From Antedon mediterranea (taxonomy: Eukaryota; Animalia; Echinodermata), in NCBI RefSeq assembly GCF_964355755.1, contig NC_092679.1:16661432-16725431 (forward strand): DNA of 64,000 bases, in the 5' to 3' direction. The notes below the pieces were generated by a model. The model had not been told where the DNA came from. It did not search any database and saw only the letters and a program-made list of their open reading frames with translations. Position numbers and translations under genes: made by a program. This document shows positions 42,101 to 54,100 of the stretch, in pieces (the stretch's first letter is position 1; each line of letters starts with the position of its first letter).

Positions 42101-45100
42101 AATGCCACATAAAATAGATTGGTATCTATCTAATATAGTATAGTTATTTATTCGCTAGCTCTCGATGTTCTGTCCTCACGCGGCATTTGTAATCATTCGA
42201 TGTGGTCGAGAAACTACACAATAACCCGTAAAGCACCGGCTTAGCACACAGACTTTCCTTTTAATTATCCTCAGTGTTTTACGAGTGTATTATCTTTGTC
42301 GTCGACGTGCCAAATTTAGCTTAAGAATTCAGCTTCTTTAGTTGTTGCGTGTATGTCGTTCCATTAACTAACAATTGTATCACGACGCTATCCGTCGTTC
42401 TTAATCCGTGTCTTCATCAACTTAAAATTGGTATGTGTTCTGATAAACACAGTACACTCACTCAAAGGTTTTGCAGCAGACGTCACAAGTAACTTTTTTA
42501 TTCATAAATGAATATGTTTGTTACTTTTAATGCGATAAAGTTTAACAACCTATCCCCAAACCATAACTCTAAGAATATGTACTATTAAGAACCGCATTCG
42601 AACCCATTTTTGTGGCCCAAAATGTTTATGACAAGCCTAGGTATTGACAAAAGTGGCAACCTAGTTCGAAAGTACGATTCACCAAGTCAGAGGTGGATCC
42701 AGGATTTGGAAAACGATGGGTAAGGGTGGAGTATGATATCTTCAACTCGAAAATACGTGTGACGGTATAGTCGGCTCGTCAGGCGGCGGTATAGTCAGTT
42801 GCTGATGGATGCACTGCGCCTACACGATCAAACTTTATGTGATTTACCCATATATGGACAATATGATGTTATATCACTACCATATTTTGCCATTCACGGT
42901 ACCATATTTGGACACATTTTTGTCAGTTTAGACAGAGCTTAAACCATGCAGTTTTTGTGGATCAGAATGTCTGCTAATGGTTGACAATTGTTTCGTCGGG
43001 TGGCCATATCTCATCTATGGCCTATCTAGGCCTACACATTAATGTCATGCCTGTGTACTATGTAACACATGATACAAATCGTCTCCTCCTTATGCCCATG
43101 CTTGTTGAAAGGCATAGGAGGAGCAACAAGCAAAGGAACTGCCTTCTGAAAATAATTATCGACTGCAGTATATACTACAGCTGCATGACAGGTGAAAACT
43201 TCATCATCATTGTGTATGCTGCGTTTATGAAATTATAAAATCGTTCAAGCATTCGTGTTGTAATCATGAAAAGAAAACGAGTAAGCCATCATACTAAAAT
43301 CACAACGTTCTTGTGACGTAGGTACACTGTGGTACAATAACGAAGGCGTTAAAATAACGATTTACAATAGTGTCAAAGACCTGCCTTCAGCTCGATAACA
43401 AGCATATTCCAAAACAATAACGTTTCTTTGGGTTTAAGGTTATTTCAATGATTACATATCAGGGGTTTAACGTAAAAACGCACGTCGTGTATACATATCT
43501 TTTAACAGAAAAAAAATATAGAATATTATAAGTAAGTTTAAAGAAATATGCGGTACAAAAATAGTTAGGCCGTAGTCGCAATTTACACAGACGAGCGGTA
43601 ACGGTAAGCGGAAAAATGCTGAGCGGACGGGCCATAGATACAGATTATAATTATGGAACAAGCTACGCGCTTCCGCTTACCGCTCGTCTGTGTAAATTGG
43701 CCTGTATACGACCCTGATATCCAGCACGGTGGATTGTGCGCTAAGCCATTTCAATATACTTGAAATATAAATTAAAAGCAATAACAAGAAAACAATTTAC
43801 GAAGAAGATAAATATGTTTGTTAACAAAAAGTGCATCGAAACCGGGCGTTACATTTTAGGCCTATTCGTAAAATAGGTCGAATGAACCGCTTTAGAGCTC
43901 CTGAAGTTGGACGTCGTGCTTATAGTGCATTATTTTTTTAACACAGATATATTTTAATCTACTCGTGCAACTTTTCGGTAGGAATTTGCACGCCATACGC
44001 GAGATCAATTTGTAAAGTATGGCGTTACATGTTGGCATATTCGTAATATAGGTCGAACGAACTACTTTAAAGCTCCTGAAGTTGGTCATCGTGCTTATGA
44101 TGCCTTATTTTTGTAACACAGATATATTTTGACCCACCCTTGCAACGTTTCGGTAGGAATTTGCACGCCATACGCCTAAAGCGTTTAACAGTCTTTAATA
44201 TTATTTGAAGACGTTATTTTAGTACCACGTGGCATGTTCTGATTGATATTATTAATCTTCATTTCAAACACGTAAAACCTGTGAACTCTACAGTGTAAAG
44301 AGATAAGGTGGCACTAATAACACAATTACGACCCATCATGCCAATCATCAAAGACGCATATTTAACATACACACGTACGTACGTAACAGATACAGTAATC
44401 CCGACTGGCCGTTTCTCATTGATTAGCGACCTTTAATTTTTGGATGTAGGCCTAGATGAAGGATAAATGTCAACCCGACCAAATAAGTCCCGATAATTAA
44501 TAAACGGAACGGTGTATACTGGGGAAGTGGCGTAACGGCTATGAGCGCTCATTGGCAAACCCAGAGGCCCCGGAGCTTATGGGGCCGCTGAGCAGTGCCC
44601 AGAGGAAAAACAGGCATTCAAATATGTCGAAAAAGCTAAAAACGAGGCCTCCAGCGTTGGAGGGCCACTTTGAGTCCCTAAACCAGGGGCCTCAGGCTTC
44701 TGCGTTACGTCACTGTACTGGGGCCTAGACGCAGACGATAACCGTCTACCCAAGGCAATCTAATAACAGGACACCGAGCTCGCCTTGTCAAGATAGGAAC
44801 TCATAACAGTCCTTTGATCTTATGTCTGGCTGCGACAAATACCAACAGTACTGTACCATACATTCTCCGCGCGGCGCGTGGTGTCTGTTCAGGGCGCGTG
44901 GAATTGACGTGTTGCAGCCACAGATCAACCCTTTCATCTCCGGAGCTCAGCATCATGTTTTAGATTGCATTGGTCTACCGAACGTAAACTCCGAGTTCAA
45001 CGTCCCCTTTAGGTTTCATGGTTACTCATTCTTGCAGTATCAAATAGAGAAATTATAAAAATTTGTTGTACCAGAAACGAAACGAGCAGCGTCGATCTTT

Positions 45101-48100
45101 AAGGCTCTGTCTGCACAAACTAGTTTGACAAACAAGTGTGATGTGCCCAAATATGGTAGTGATATGCCAAAATATAGTAGTGATGTGACATCATCATGTC
45201 CATATATGGGGACATTCTTACAAGATTATATTTCGGTTACATTTTGACGTAAATCGTACGTAAATAGGATAGTCCATCTCGGCCGGCCGCCGGTTTTAAG
45301 ATGATGTTTATGGAGAGGAAGGATCAATTTCAAAATTCATCATTTTAAACTCAATCACTGCGTTGGCAAATAACAAAACGCGTTTCAAAACCACTGACTT
45401 GTGTTTTACTCTCGTCGTACAAACACATGGTAGAAATCAATAATGTTAGTTGGAGATGGTTGTTAATGACAGGTCTTTTACTTATCGTAATTGCAATTAA
45501 AAGAGTTAAAGCAAGACCTACTCTACTCTGATCGAGTATTTTTAAAACGAGTTAATCTTACGGTAATTAAAAAATCGCAACAAAAGTTCACCGTCCTGTG
45601 GATGAATGACGTGTTAAGTCTGATTTACACGCGATGCGACTTCCAGGTCCGGGGTGACGCAAGCGACGAGATCAACAACTAAGTTAAAGCCTTGTATTAT
45701 ATACGCTATGAAACTTTATGTGACAAAAATATGTGATGTGCCCATATATTGACATAATGATGTCATATTACTACCATGTTTGGGCATATCACTACCATAT
45801 TTGAGAACATCACACTTAGTAAAACTAGTTTGATAGTATAGTCTATAGACAAAGCCTAAGACACGCGAGTCCACGAGGCCCCCTGCAGGTGTGTAATAAT
45901 CCCTCTCACAGGATCAAGGTTTCCATTGGGACATTCCATCGCTCGTGTTCTAGTTCTAGCTGTCCCATGTACTAGAGGATCGTAGGGGACGTAGCAGATA
46001 TAGTCCTTTCATATAGGGGAATTAGTAGTTGTACTCATCATGATACGATACACAGTCAACACATATACACAGACAATACTTTTTAAAATGCGGATATGTA
46101 GGCTAATAGAATTTGTGTCAAGATCATCGTTGTACTGTTGTGAATTATTGACCTAGTAACTATAGAATCACAATGTCATTGTTGTTTATCTGGAAGATTA
46201 TTTTGGTCTTGACAATTCATCTCTATTGTACTAAAAATGATATGATACGGAACTAATCTATCCCCTTGATAGAAAAAACTAGATATGTCACCATAACAAT
46301 ATATATTTACGCATCGTAAAACCAATTCACGCCTTTTTTTTGTACATGAGGACGTTATAGGTTGTATATGTATACGTTTGTATACCTTGTTTTGTGTGAT
46401 CAAGGCAATGAAATTACCTTGGTGTGATCTATCAACTTAATACTGTATGCCTAATATCAAAACTATGAGCGTTCAGATTCAGATGATGCCAACAATAAGT
46501 AAGCACCTGGATTGCACTCGAAAATGACTTTAATTGAGTATTCCGCGTGTTACGACTTTTGAAAAGTACTGTTACGTCCGTGCTACAGTTTATTGCGTGG
46601 TAATACATATTACATACATATATACTGATAAAGACGCGACGTTATTTGATAATTAGCCTGATACAACATACCAGAGTGTACAAATGATTAGGGTTGGTTG
46701 ATGTGTAGAACAAATTAACCGCTTAGGTCTTGACCATTACCCGGCATCGCTGCATATGGCGTGCCACAGTGCAATGTTGTCACAACATGACTCGGTTCAT
46801 TCTCACTGTGATCGTCAGATCGAAAGCGCAAATGCACAATGCGTACATTACTGCAGTGATAGGATAGATTGGTTCACAATTATCAGATAGATTATATCTA
46901 GCTGTACTATCCGTGAACTATAGTAATGTTCATGTGGTTGCTTCCATATCAGTCGAGGGTCCATGATTTTTAAATAGAGAGGTGAGTTTTAAAATAATAA
47001 ATCCACACCCACCCTTTTATCGGTTGTGATTTGAGATGCATGTACTGTACATTCAAAATAGACAAATCAAATAATGAGAAAAGTTTGTCAAATCACAGGG
47101 ATGTAATTAGGGTTGGTTATAACCAATTCACCACTCCGTGCACTGTAAATAGAAACAAGTACATTTATCTTCGACTCGGATGGTGTTGATCGACATCGTT
47201 TTACCATGTTGCCTATTTTAGGCGAACCTAGACGCATATAAATTAATGTATAAATACAATATGCCTACCTGTAATAGCTTTTCATAGCGCAATCGCGTGA
47301 ACATTGTGAACGCCCGGTCTGCAAATACAACGTGTCGGCGACACAAATATCTGTTAGAAAGTAACCTACGGTATTTCTGAGCTAGGCCTCGAGCAATATA
47401 GTGATGGTGATATGAGTCCCGGCTCCTCCGTTAGAAAGACGATGCTAATGATTTGTTTTCATTTCTTCAATAGCATTGGAAATTCAGATACGCGTTCTGC
47501 AGAATGGTGACACGTCAGGAATTTCGTATGAAGTCAATCAGAGTGCCGTAATACCCGCGTTAATTAATTACAGCGCACTGATATCATAATTAAATGGCAA
47601 GAGGGTGTTCGTACTTATACTTTCTCTCAATGTCAGGGTTCACCATTTCGTGTTTGTTTCGTAATACACACGACCCTCTTACAACAACCTTTTGTCGGAG
47701 CTCAAACTGGGTACAGACGGGAGTCCTAATCAATGTCCCGTGACGAGAAAATTCTGACAGCGCTCTTCTGTTAAAATATTCTCAGATAAACGATGTTCCC
47801 GTTGCGAGCAAATTACCAAACCGTTGACCTACAGCCTAGCCGTGATGACTTTCTATTAAACCATTTAAAAGGGCCTCACCCCCTGTCATACAATGATGGG
47901 ACATACGGCTGCTGAGCACCCAGTTGAGCTCGAAGTGTGTACACCTCGTATTTATACACCCATCAATCTCAATTAATAGACCCAGGTTTTTTTCCAACCT
48001 TTAAAAAAAAAAACCTGTACTTTGGGCTTATATCAGATAATTTTACTGGTTGAGATTACATTTGTAGTCTTCCCCGGTAGAGTCTCCTCAGATATGTTTT

Positions 48101-51100
48101 CGTCCACTGTTCATATAACATTAATAATACATTTGTTTTGAAACGTCACTGCCCTTGATTTTATCGATTAGTTTGCCACCGTATTTTCCATTTCCGTACC
48201 CTAAGACACAACATGATTTACAGTAACATAGAATATTAATGCTACATAATGACATGTCTAATGCCTATTTATTAAACACGTCATGTATAGTACACACAGT
48301 ACACATTAATTAGGTTTCACATAGAGACCGCCGCCTGTTAATGTACTTCTTGTTTTTGATCAATTCACATTGAATTTTACAAATGTATTAATTAAGGGCC
48401 TCGGGAATACAGTATACAGGCCTACATTTTCAGTCAATAATAATTAACACGGATTCCGAGAGTATTGGGCATTGTCTCTTATCCACAGACCCAGTTCCAT
48501 ACGTCTCGCTTTCCAGATATTCTGTCAATAGAATGGAAGTTCGTGTAGCCGAGGTAAAGAATACAAGCTTAAGCGTGGTTCCCACTAGCGGCGCAACGTA
48601 GCGACGTATCGACGCAAAGTGCTGTATTGCGTAATCACAAGTGGGAACCGACGACGAAACAGTGCTGCAAACATCCGCATGTTTGATTTCACGCAGGCGG
48701 GAGAAAACACTATTATCAGAAGGGCATTTTGTTACGTTGCGTAGGTTGCGTTACGTTGCGTCGCAAGTGGAAACCAAGCTTTAGCTTAACCATAAAGATG
48801 GGACCGAGATTGTGGTTAATTCAATATACAGGCCCAGTTGATTCCAAATATTGATGGTGGGTTGGAAATGGATTGATCTGAGACATGCGCACTATCGTTA
48901 ATGTCTTCCTTAATTCGAATGTGTCGGAATTAATAGATACTTATATGAACTGCAGCTGACAAAAGGGATTGTACTGTAGCGTGCAGTTGGTGGCATCAAT
49001 TAAATATCAATTTGGACAGGTCATTGCAGTAATTTGATTAGCAACCCAAACATTGTCCACTATGCACCTATACTGTGTGGTATTTGCCTGTGGTTTAGGC
49101 CTGTCCATACAGTAGCGTTAAATTTGTTACATACAATTCGATTGTATACTTAATAAAATATAGGTTATTGTTTTATTCCCTTCATCGTCATAGAAAATAT
49201 AAACCGTATAATATTATAGCAGCACTACTGAAGCAACCAAAATATATGCCCACCAAGCACGTATGTTGGGTATTTAAGCCTGTCCTACAGTAGCGTTTGT
49301 TTGTTTTATGCTTAGCTGCTTGGTGCATGCAGTTTACTGTATGTGTGTTGACAGGGAGTAACATCAACTCTCTGGTTTTCGGTAAACGATCCCAGGGTCC
49401 TGGGTTCAAATTCTGTCAGGTGCCATGTTTTTTTTTCTCGTGATAGAACACCTCCACACCCGAAGACTTTTAATAAGACTTTGTGTAGAGCATCTTGTGT
49501 ATATTATTTGTCTTTGTGATTATTTAAGGGGGGAGATCCCTAGCCTTACGGGCCGGGTTATGTGGCTATCTGGTCTCTCCAGGAGACCTATAACTGTAAC
49601 TGTATAAAACGACATTGAAAATACATACAAATACATAAACTGGTACGTTAAACTTTTAATAAAGAATAGAAGTTATTTTTTATTCATTTCCTCGTATTAT
49701 ATAAATCTAAACCAGTGTAGCAAAACAACCTAACAATGTCCACATGTACTCCAGATATTATAAGCTTGGTTCCCACTAGAACGTAACGCAAGGACGTGAA
49801 CGCAACACAAGCGTTTTAACCAATGACAAGCGAAGTTATAGACAGTTAGCAATCACAAGCGAATAAGCCATCGCTTGTGATTGGTCAATTCACTTGCGTT
49901 GCGTTACGTCCTTGTGTTGCGTCGCTAGTGGGAACCACGCTTTAGGCATTTCACTCTCCCTGTTACGTTTGTTACATATACTATTCGATATATTGATAAA
50001 ATAGGCTAATTTTGTCGCTATGATATATCTTACTCTACTAACCGTACAGCTTAACATCACTGTCATTAATGATATTTAAATGTTGAACATACGTTCTGTA
50101 AAAACATAATGAGTGTACAGTAAAATGGTTGCGTTATAAATGTGTGCAGTGTGAAATGTAATGAACATCCTAAAATTGCCTAACAAGTCAACTACTATAG
50201 AGATAATCGTTTGAAACTTTCATCAAATAAATTAAAAGGTGAAATGTATGTCACATAGAGGCCTTAATGTGTATAATAATAATATGTATCAAAAATAAAA
50301 CTTGCTTTATGAATGGTATTTTTGACATTGATAACAGTCATGTGAGGACGATTAGTCCTACGTCAAATGGAGCGTTGTAATGAAATACACAAAACGTTAT
50401 ATTATTCGTTTAACCCTGTTTGTTGAAAGCAAAATAAAAATTAGAAACAAAATTCAAACTTACTTTATGAGCCACGACATTTTCGACATTGATACAGTCG
50501 TGTGAGGATAAATCAAACGGATGTTATTTATACGATTTGCTTTATAATGAAATACCCGTAGACACAGAAACGTTCTATTATTCGTTTAACCTTGTTTGTT
50601 GAAAGAAAAATACAAATTCGAATGGGGATTATAGATAAAATGTATCTTCCATTAAGGTTCATCGTTCGGGTGACCCAGAGATATTGGTATACTAATATTG
50701 GTTATTTAAACAGGTAGGCCTAGGTGGTTCCTACCCAGTGACGTTAGCGACAACTGTGCCCATACATCCAACTTACCCGGGGGATACCAATGTTAGTTAT
50801 TTAAACAGGTATGCCTAGGTGGTTCCTACCCAGTGACGTTAGCGATAACTGTGCCCTTACATCCAACTTACCCGGGTAATACCAATGTTAGTTATTTACA
50901 CAGGTATGCCTAGGTGGTTCCTACCCAGTGACGTTAGCGACAACTGTGCCCATACATCCAACTTACCCGGGTAATACCAATGTTAGTTATTTACACAGGT
51001 ATGCCTAGGTGGTTCCTACCCAGTGACGTTAGCGATAACTGTTCCACTACATCCAACTTACCCGGGTAATACCAATGTTTATAGTTATTTAAACAGGTAT

Positions 51101-54100
51101 GCCTAGGTGGTTCCTACCCAGTGACGTTAGCGATAACTGTGCCCTTACATCCAACTTACCCGGGTAATACCAATGTTAGTTATTTACACAGGTAGACCTA
51201 GGTGGTTCCTACCCAGTGACGTTAGCGACAACTGTGCCCATACATCCAACTTACCCGGGTAATACCAATGTTAGTTATTTACACAGGTAGACCTAGGTGG
51301 TTCCTACCCAGTGACGTTAGCGACAACTGTGCCACTACATCCAACTTACCCGGGTAATACCAATGTTAGTTATTTACACAGGTATGCCTAGGTGGTTCCT
51401 ACCCAGTGACGTTAGCGACAACTGTGCCACTACATCCAACTTACCCGGGTAATACCAATGTTAGTTATTTACACAGGTATGCCTAGGTGGTTCCTACCCA
51501 GTGACGTTAGCGACAACTGTGCCACTACATCCAACTTACCCGGGGGATACCAATGTTAGTTATTTAAACAGGTATGCCTAGGTGGTTCCTACCCAGTGAC
51601 GTTAGCGACAACTGTGCCCATACATCCAACTTACCCGGGGGATACCAATGTTAGTTATTTAAACAGGTATGCCTAGGTGGTTCCTACCCAGTGACGTTAG
51701 CGATAACTGTGCCACTACATCCAACTTACCCGGGTAATACCAATGTTAGTTATTTAAACAGGTATGCCTAGGTGGTTCCTACCCAGTGACGTTAGCGACA
51801 ACTGTGCCACTACATCCAACTTACCCGGGTAATACCAATGTTAGTTATTTAAACAGGTATGCCTAGGTGGTTCCTACCCAGTGACGTTAGCGACAACTGT
51901 GCCACTACATCCAACTTACCCGGGTAATACCAATGTTAGTTATTTAAACAGGTATGCCTAGGTGGTTCCTACCCAGTGACGTTAGCGATAACTGTGCCAC
52001 TACATCCAACTTACCCGGGTAATACCAATGTTAGTTATTTACACAGGTATGCCTAGGTGGTTCCTACCCAGTGACGTTAGCGACAACTGTGCCACTACAT
52101 CCAACTTACACGGGTAATACCAATATTGGTTATTTAAACAGGTAGGCCTAGGTGGTTCCTACCCAGTGACGTTAGCGATAACTGTGCCCATACATCCAAC
52201 TTACCCGGGTGATACCAATGTTTATAGTTATTTAAACAGGTATGCCTAGGTGGTTCCTACCCAGTGACGTTAGCGATAACTGTGCCCTTACATACAACTT
52301 ACCCGGATAATACCAATATTGGTTATTTAAACAGGTAGACCTAGGTGGTTCCTACCCAGTGACGTTAGCGATAACTGTGCCCTTACATACAACTTACCCG
52401 GATAATACCAATATTGGTTATTTAAACAGGTAGGCCTAGGTGGTTCCTACCCAGTGACGTTAGCGATAACTGTGCCCTTACATACAACTTACACGGGTAA
52501 TACCAATATTGGTTATTTAAACAGGTAGGCCTAGGCAGGGTACATCTGCCTGGCCTAGGTGGTTCCTACCCAGTGACGTTAGGGATAACTGTGCCCATAC
52601 ATCCAACTTACCCGGGTAATACCAATGTTAGTTATTTAAACAGGTAGACCTGGGTGGTTCCTACCCAGTGACGTTAGCGATAACTGTGCCCATACATCCA
52701 ACTTACCCGGGTAATACCAATGTTAGTTATTTAAACAGGTAGACCTAGGTGGTTCCTACCCAGTGACGTTAGCGATAACTGTGCCCATACATCCAACTTA
52801 CCCGGGTGATACCAATGTTTATAGTTATTTAAACAGATAGACCTGGGTGGTTCCTACCCAGTGACGTTAGCGATAACTGTGCCCATACATCCAACTTACC
52901 CGGGTGATACCAATGTTTATAGTTATTTAAACAGATAGACCTGGGTGGTTCCTACCCAGTGACGTTAGCGATAACTGTGCCCTTACATCCAACTTACCCG
53001 GGTAATACAATGTTAGTTATTCACACAGGTAGGCCTAGGTGGTTCCTACCCAGTGACGTTAGCGATAACTGTGCCCATACATCCAACTTACCCGGGTAAT
53101 ACCAATGTTAGTTATTTACACAGGTAGGCCTAGGCAGGGTACATCTCCCTGGCCTAGGTGGTTCCTACCCAGTGACGTTAGGGATAACTGTGCCCATACA
53201 TCCAACTCACCCGGGTAATACCAATGTTAGTTATTTACACAGGTAGGCCTACTGTAAGTTGGTTCCTACCCAGTGACATTAGCGACCCGGGTAAAGCTTA
53301 GTTCCCACTAGCGACGCAACGTAAGCAAATGCCCTTCTAAAGCGTGGTTCCCACTAGCGACGCAACACAAGGACGTAACGCAACGCAAGTGAATTGACCA
53401 ATCACAAGCGATGGCTTATTCGCTTGTGATTGATAACTGTCTATAACTTCGCTTGTCATTGGTTAAAACGCTTGCGTTGCGTTTACGTCCTTGCGTTACG
53501 TTCTAGTGGAAACCAAGCTTAATAATTGTGTTTTCCCCCGCCTGCGTGAAATCATACCCGCGATGTTTACAGCAGTATTGTGTCGTCGGTTCCCACTTCT
53601 GATTACGCAATACAGTACTTTGTGTCGATACGTCGCTAGTTGCGTTCTAGTGGGAACCACGCTTTAATAACTAAAGCTTGGTTCCCACTTGTATGCAACG
53701 CAAGTGCAACGTAAGTAATTTGACCAATCACAAGCGATGGACTATTCAGTGGCTTGTCATTGATCAACCCGCTTCTTGCGTACGTCCTTGCGTTGCGTCT
53801 CTAGTAGGAACCACGCTTCATATGAGTTTGCATTGCGCTTACATCCTAGAACCAAACTTAAGCCTGAACGTGCTCTATAAATCTGCGCGGTGATTCAAAG
53901 GTATCTATCGAACTGTAGGTTCCGATTATTTAGATTTCTGTTAAAGACCCGAATGGAATGTCATACATCCAGGCCTAGAGCATCGCGGATCATAAGTGAG
54001 GATGTATACGGTCAGCAAACGGCAAATTCTTCAGCTGGTTGTTGTGACTAATGTAATAAATATATTATTCCATTCACAGCTGGTGTATATCAATTTGCGA

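Noticed and set aside
50455-50490. Alternative first exon for the calmodulin-like gene (MSKMSWLI then GTAAGT)
   Set aside because: The donor is phase 2, incompatible with the phase-0 acceptor at 40902, and it lies in a local duplication of about 160 bp.
50690-53290. Regular repeat array superficially like CRISPR
   Set aside because: Units are head-to-tail with no unique spacers, there are no cas genes, and the context is eukaryotic.
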